Positions 8,328-13,420 of a stretch of DNA of 13,420 nt are shown here, piece by piece (positions within the stretch are counted from its first letter, which is position 1; each line of letters opens with the position of its first letter). The position numbers and the translations under genes are program-made. Source of the stretch: Prasinococcaceae sp. CCMP 1430 (taxonomy: Eukaryota > Plantae > Prasinodermophyta); assembly GCA_013416795.1 (NCBI GenBank), contig RQSC01000757.1, positions 1 to 13,420 on the forward strand, given 5' to 3'. Under the pieces are notes generated by a model. That model saw only the letters and a program-made list of their open reading frames with translations. It was not told the DNA's origin and did no database searches.

Positions 8328-10335
8328 ATGCCGACCCCTCGTCGCTTGCTTGCATGGGCTGCGATGCTGGCGACCATGGTGGTTGGTACAACGCATGCGA
8401 CCTCGGAGGAGGACTTCCAGCTGCTGGCCAGCGACGCCGCGGACGATGACAACTTCGGCTACGGCGTGGCGCTCTCGGGCGACTACGCGCTGGTGGGCGC
8501 TCCGAATGACGACGACGGCGGCGACAACAGCGGCAGCGCGTACGTGTTCTTGCGCAATGGGACGTCGTGGTCGCAGCAGGCCAAGCTGGTGGCCAGCGAC
8601 GCCGATTCGTATGACAGCTTCGGCGAGCGCGTGGCGCTCTCGGGCGACTACGCGCTGGTGGGCGCCCATGGGGACGACGACAGCGGCCAAGGACGCCGAC
8701 CGCGGCACCGACAGCGGCAGCGCGTACGTGTTCTTGCGGTCGGGGACGTCGTGGTCGCAGCAGGCCAAGCTGTTGGCCAGCGACGCCGCGGCAAATGACT
8801 ACTTCGGCGACAGCGTGGCGCTCTCGGGCGACTACGCGCTGGTGGGCGCTGATTATGACAACAACGACAACGGCTCCAACAGCGGCAGCGCGTACGTGTT
8901 TTTTCGCTCGGGGACGTCGTGGTCGCAGCAGGCCAAGCTTGTGGCAAGCGACGGCGCGGAGGGTGACTTGTTCGGCGGGAGCGTGGCGCTCTCGGGCGAC
9001 TACGCGCTGGTGGGCGCTCCTTATAACGACAACGATCGCGGCAGCGCGTGCGTGTTTTTGCGGTCGGGGACGTCGTGGTCGCAGCAGGCCAAGCTGGTGG
9101 CCGGCGACGCCGCGGAGGGCGACCTCTTTGGTTCCAGCGTGGCACTCTCGGGGGAATACGCTTTGGTGGGCGCTTACTGGAACGACGGCGGCGGCTCCGA
9201 CAGCGGCAGCGCGTACGTGTTCGTGCGCGATGGGACGTCGTGGTCGCAGCAGTCCAAGCTGGTGGCCAGCGACGGCGCGGAGTTTGACAGTTTTGGCGGG
9301 AGCGTGGCGCTCTCCGACGACTACGCGCTGGTGGGCGCTTATGGGGACGGCGTCAACGGCTACCTCAGCGGTAGCGCGTACGTTTTCGTTCGCAATGGGA
9401 CGTCTTGGTCGCAGCAGTCCAAGCTGGTGGCCAGCGACGGCGCGGAGAATGACCGCTTCGGCTGGAGCGCGGCGCTCTCGGGCGACAACGCGCTGGTGGG
9501 CGCTTATGCGAACGGCGACAATGGCTCCAACAGTGGCAGCGCGTACGTCTTCGTTCGCAATGGGACGTCGTGGTCGCAGCAGTCCAAGCTGTTGGCCAGC
9601 GACGGCGCGGAGTATGACAACTTCGGCACAAGCGTGGCGCTCTCGCGCGACTACGCGCTGGTGAGCGCTGCTTATGACGACGATAGCGGCTCCAACAGCG
9701 GAAGCGCGTACCTGTTCGCGCGGTCGGGGGCGTCGTGGTCGCAGCAGTCGAAGCTGGTGGCCAGCGACGGCGCGGAGTTTGACAATTTTGGCTACAGCGT
9801 GGCGCTCTCCGACGACTACGCGCTGGTGGGCGCTCATTATGACGACAACGACAGCGGCGACGATAGCGGCAGCGCGTATGTCTTTGATCTGACCCCCTCG
9901 AGCCCGCCTCCGAGCCCGCCTCCGAGTCTCCCTCCGAGCCCTCCGCCAAGCCCTGAGCCGAGCCCGCCTCCGAGTCTACCGCCGAGCCCTCCTCCGAGCC
10001 CGCCGCCTCCGAGCCCTCCTCCGAGCCCTCCTCCGAGCCCTCCGCCGAAGCCTCCGCCGAAGCCTCCGCCGAGCCCGCCTCCGAGCCCTCCTCCGAGCCC
10101 TCCGCCGAACCCGCCTCCGAGCCCACCTCCTCCGAGCCCTCCACCGAGCCCTCCGCCGGGCCTTCCGCCGAATCCTCCTCCGAGCCCACCTCCGAGCCCG
10201 CCTTCGAGCCCACCTCCTCCGAGCCCACCCCCGAGCCCGCCTTCGAGCCCACCTCCTCCGAGCCCACCTCCGAGCCCGCCTTCGAGCCCACCTCCTCCGA
10301 GCCCACCTCCGAGCCCGCCTTCGAGCCCACCTCCT
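8328..10335 (+). CDS. FG-GAP propeller surface protein, gene C: signal peptide + 9 repeats + Ser-Pro stalk; +1 frameshift at ~8686-8691, 3' end lost at the N (possible pseudogene or sequencing error)
   Basis: [24 protein letters not shown] is homologous to the gene A signal peptide. Blades 1-2 are in frame +3, the rest in frame +1 after GGCCAAG (one extra base). VFDLT at 9880-9894; stalk to 10335. Confidence 0.85.
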
Positions 10336-10336
10336 N
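10336..10336. other. Single-N scaffold join
   Basis: One N joins the truncated stalk of gene C to the truncated kinase on the opposite strand. Confidence 0.95.
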
Positions 10337-11340
10337 TTGTGCAGCAGGCAATCCTCGATCAGCTGGACGACGCCCGTCGGCGCCGACCTGCGCATCTCGG
10401 CGCTGATGGTCGGGCGCAGCTTGGTCTCGTCCGAGCGCACCTCGAGCAGGATGTCGCGCGTACTCTTGCCCTTGTGGTCAGCGTACGGCACATCGCGCGC
10501 GAAGCACTCCCAGCACAGCATGCCGAGGCCGTACACGTCGGACGCCTCGCTGTTGGACTCGCCCGCCAGCAGCTCGGGCGCCATCCAGAACGGCGTCCCC
10601 ACCGCAGAGCGCCGGCCAGCGCCCAGCATGCGGCCTTTCGTCGATGAGAGGCCGAAGTCGGACAGCTTGCAGTCAAAGCTGTCGTTCACGAGCACGTTGG
10701 CGGCTTTGATATCGCCTGTGGGCGCGTGCGCAGGGTGCGAGAGGGGCGAGGGGAGGCAATACAAGAGCACACGGGAGGGACGCGCAGCGTCAGCGAAGGT
10801 GCCAGTAGTCATAGTAGCAAACAGATGCCAGGGACCTTTCCCCCGTGCAGGCGGCGACGCAGCGCGTAGCATCTTTTCTCTTTCTTGCACGCACCGTGTA
10901 TGATGGGCTCCTTGCCGCTGTGCAGGTAGCGCATGCCGCACACGACGTCGCGCACCATGCCGATGAGCAGCGAGGCGGGCAGGTCGGCCGTCGGGTTGAG
11001 CAGAAGGTCCCGCAGCGTTCCCCTGGGCATGTACTCAAGAACGAGCAGCGGGTCGGCCTCCTTGGTGGCTCCAAGCACGGTGACGATGTTCGGATGACGG
11101 AGGCGCACCATGAGGCGAATCTCGCGTTTGAAGATGTTGGCCAGCCGCGCGCTCGACAGCCGCTTGCCGGCGCCCGTGCCTGATGCTGCTGTCCCGCCGC
11201 ATCCGAGTCCCAGATTGCCTGACTGGCTGCCCGTGCCGCTCCCAATCGAGAGGCAACCAAGCGAGACGCACGAGCCGAAGTGGGCCCGCTTCACGCAACC
11301 GATGTCACCGCCACTGCGACTGCCAACACTGCCACTGCCG
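10337..11340 (-). CDS. Partial Ser/Thr (TKL-like) protein kinase, non-RD (HGDIKAAN); exons ~11340-10895 and 10715-10337; both ends truncated
   Basis: Spliced translation gives FKREIRLMVRLRHPNIVTVLG...LLVLEYMPRGTL...GMRYLH...IIHG|DIKAANVLV...KLSDFGLS...GTPFWMAPELL...SDVYGLGMLCWE. The C-terminus is cut at the N. No clear Gly-loop/VAVK; the upstream part is a Gly/Ser-rich stretch, so the 5' boundary is approximate. Confidence 0.88.
10716..10894 (-). other. 179-nt spliceosomal GT-AG intron in the kinase gene (phase 1)
   Basis: Donor CACG|GTGCGT at 10894 and acceptor CACAG|GC at 10716. Splicing joins H-G-D-I-K in frame and restores the catalytic loop. Confidence 0.9.
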
Positions 11341-13420
11341 CTGCCCGGTCCGCCCGGTCCGCCCGGCCTGCCTCCGCCCGCCCGGCCCCCGCCCCAGCAG
11401 CAGCCCCAGCAGCAGCACTTTCAGCAGCAGCAGCAGCAGCAGCAGCAGCTGTACCAACAGCCCCCGGCGGCGGCCGCGGCGGCGCGGCGCCCGCCCCCGG
11501 GCCCGTCCGCCGCGCAGCAGCAGCAGCAGCAGCCGCACTTTCAGCAGCAACAGCAGCAGCAGCAGCAGCACCGACCCCCTCCCTCCCCGACGACGACGGC
11601 CCTCCCCCCGCCGCAGCAGCAACCGCCCCCGCCCCCGACGACGGCCGCCCCCCTCCAAGCTGCTCGGCAGCACCAAACCCCCTCCCCGACGGCCCTCCAG
11701 GCCCGCCCCAAGCCCGGCACCACCGTCGCCTTCCAGCTCCTGCGGCGCAACGTGTACCCCCACCGGCGCACGAAGCGCGTCTCCGACGACGACATCATGG
11801 TGTGCGCGTGCGACCCGCGCGACGGCTGCGGCGCCGACTGCATCAACCGCCAGCTGCAGATCGAGTGCACGCCGGGCTACTGCCCCTGCGGCGATGGCTG
11901 CCGCAACATGGCCTTCCAGCGGCGCTCGTACGCGCCGCTGCGCAACGTCGCGGTGGGGCGCAAGGGCTTCGGGCTGGTGTGCGACCGCGCCCTCGCCAAG
12001 GGCGACTTCGTGATCGAGTACACCGGCGAGGTGCTCGACCAGAAGAGCTTCGCCGCGCGCAAGGAGCGCTACGGCGAGGAGGGCCAGCGCCACTACTACT
12101 TCATGACCCTCTCGAACACCGAGACCATCGACGCGCACCGCAAGGGCAACCTGGGGCGCTTCCTCAACCACTCCTGCGAGCCCAACTGCCGGCCCGAGAA
12201 GTGGCAGGTCCGCGGCGAGCTGTGCATCGGCATCTTCGCCTCGCGCGACATCCCCGCGGGCGAGGAGCTCACGTTCGACTACCAGATGGAACGCTTCGAC
12301 AAGGCGCAGCCGTGCTTCTGCGGGGCGCCCTCGTGTGGCGGCGTCATGGGCGGCACCAACATCGACCACGCCGAGGCGAAGGAGCTGCTCGAGCAGATCG
12401 CCGCCGACGACCCAGAGGAGGGCTTCGACGAGCCCGAGTACCGCTTCGTCGACCCCGTCGACGCGGGCGACGGCGTCGACCCCGACGCGGCGCCGTTGCC
12501 ACCGCGCGGCGCCGCCGGCGGCCGCCCGCCGCGGCGCAAGCACCGCTCGGAGCGCTCGCTCGTCGCCGAGCGCAAGCTCGTGGGGCGCCTCAAGGCGAGC
12601 CGCAACATCGTCGACGCGCTCTCGATGGTCGAGCAGGAGCTGCAGCCCATCACCACCAAGAGCCTCAAGCTGCGGAGGCCCGAGTGCGCGGTGGAGTACC
12701 TGCGCCTCTTCAAGGAGGCCACCAGCGGCAACGCGGGGCAGGCGGCGGGCGGCGGGGCGCCCGGCGCCGCGCTGGCGGCGGCCTCGCCCTCCGCGGCGGC
12801 CGCCGCGACGAGCTACTCGTCGCGCGACCTGAGCATCCTGCTGGAGGTGATGATCAAGACGGACAGCTACGCCGCGCAGACGGCCATGCTCAAGGCCGGC
12901 GCGCCGGGCCTGCTGCTGGGCGTGTGCCTCAAGCTGGCCGGCGACAGGCAGCAGCAGGCGTGCGTGCGCAAGGCGCTGCGAGGGCTGCTCGCGCTGCCGC
13001 TCACCAAGGCGCACATGGGCGCGGTGCGCGTGGGGATGGTCACCCTGGTGGACGCCGTGAGGCGCATGGCCAGCGAGCGCAAGCCGCTCGACGCCGAGGT
13101 CCGCAAGTACGCCGACGAGCTGGCGTACAAGTTCTTTCCGCGCCCGGTGGCGCCCAGGCCCGCGCCGGCGCCGGCGGCCCAGCAGCAGGGCGGCCAGCCG
13201 GGGCAGCAGCCGGGGCAGCTCGGCGCGCCGCAGGCGCAGGAGCAAGGTCAGAACGGCCACCAGCAGCAGCACCAGCAGCAGCACCAGCAGCAGCAGCACC
13301 AGCAGCAGCAGCAGCAATGGGGCGGGGCTGGAGCGGCGGACGCGCCGCTGACGGGTCACAAGCGGCCGCGCGAGGACGCCGCCGAGGCCGCGGGCTCCGC
13401 CGCCGCCGCCGCCGCGGCCG
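11341..13420 (+). CDS. SET2: Histone-lysine N-methyltransferase, Set2/ASHH2 (H3K36) type: P/Q-rich N-terminus, AWS-SET-postSET, helical domain, polyQ; runs off the window (not in the ORF track)
   Basis: Frame +1 is open from 11098 to the window end. Cys-rich AWS at 11803-11925, KGFGL, IEYTGEV, RFLNHSCEPN (12157-12186), ELTFDY (12265-12282), post-SET CFCGAPSC (12313-12336). Very high GC3 from 11341. Start uncertain (in-frame ATG at 11302). Confidence 0.92.
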   Translation, partial: MPGPPGPPGLPPPARPPPQQQPQQQHFQQQQQQQQQLYQQPPAAAAAARRPPPGPSAAQQQQQQPHFQQQQQQQQQHRPPPSPTTTALPPPQQQPPPPPTTAAPLQAARQHQTPSPTALQARPKPGTTVAFQLLRRNVYPHRRTKRVSDDDIMVCACDPRDGCGADCINRQLQIECTPGYCPCGDGCRNMAFQRRSYAPLRNVAVGRKGFGLVCDRALAKGDFVIEYTGEVLDQKSFAARKERYGEEGQRHYYFMTLSNTETIDAHRKGNLGRFLNHSCEPNCRPEKWQVRGELCIGIFASRDIPAGEELTFDYQMERFDKAQPCFCGAPSCGGVMGGTNIDHAEAKELLEQIAADDPEEGFDEPEYRFVDPVDAGDGVDPDAAPLPPRGAAGGRPPRRKHRSERSLVAERKLVGRLKASRNIVDALSMVEQELQPITTKSLKLRRPECAVEYLRLFKEATSGNAGQAAGGGAPGAALAAASPSAAAAATSYSSRDLSILLEVMIKTDSYAAQTAMLKAGAPGLLLGVCLKLAGDRQQQACVRKALRGLLALPLTKAHMGAVRVGMVTLVDAVRRMASERKPLDAEVRKYADELAYKFFPRPVAPRPAPAPAAQQQGGQPGQQPGQLGAPQAQEQGQNGHQQQHQQQHQQQQHQQQQQQWGGAGAADAPLTGHKRPREDAAEAAGSAAAAAAA
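11395..11570 (+). repeat. CAG/polyglutamine tracts in the SET protein N-terminus
   Basis: Two related QQQ(P/Q)HFQQQQQ blocks, at ~11395-11460 and ~11515-11570. Confidence 0.9.
13258..13317 (+). repeat. (CAC/CAG)n His-Gln tract in the SET protein
   Basis: HQQQHQQQHQQQQHQQQQQQ. Confidence 0.9.

Noticed and set aside
2092-10335. A bona fide diversity-generating retroelement
   Set aside because: No reverse transcriptase, accessory gene or non-coding template repeat in the window; only the codon pattern is suggestive, and it is reported as a finding.
8083-10647. 854-aa ORF as one protein
   Set aside because: A chimera of non-coding upstream DNA, out-of-frame blades 1-2, the true gene C 3' part and read-through across the N into antisense kinase sequence.
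9895-10715. FG-GAP-stalk-kinase receptor-kinase fusion
   Set aside because: The kinase is on the opposite strand, no TM lies between them, and the join is a scaffold N.
11305-13359. 684-aa minus-strand ORF
   Set aside because: Antisense shadow of the SET2 frame, which carries all the conserved motifs.

Overview
Very GC-rich eukaryotic nuclear DNA, alga-like. Evidence: a GT-AG intron, a Set2-type histone methyltransferase, polyQ tracts and Ser-Pro stalks. The taxon cannot be fixed from sequence alone. From left to right: (1) a four-copy ~200-bp array whose conserved core carries three 12-14 bp motifs in fixed forward/reverse/forward geometry, separated by diverged linkers; (2) a small orphan ORF on the minus strand; (3) a 42-N gap; (4) a tandem cluster of intronless genes for secreted/type-I membrane FG-GAP (integrin-alpha-like) beta-propeller proteins with Ser-Pro-rich stalks, 35 blades in total, with near-identical frameworks, two hypervariable loops and clear half-blade mosaicism, interrupted by two 1-nt frameshifts; (5) a single-N join to a truncated minus-strand non-RD (HGD) protein kinase with one intron; (6) a head-to-head junction with an AWS-SET-postSET (Set2/ASHH2-like) gene that runs off the window. 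The best candidates for novelty are the shuffled, hypervariable propeller receptor cluster and the palindromic three-motif array. Several junctions may be assembly artefacts.
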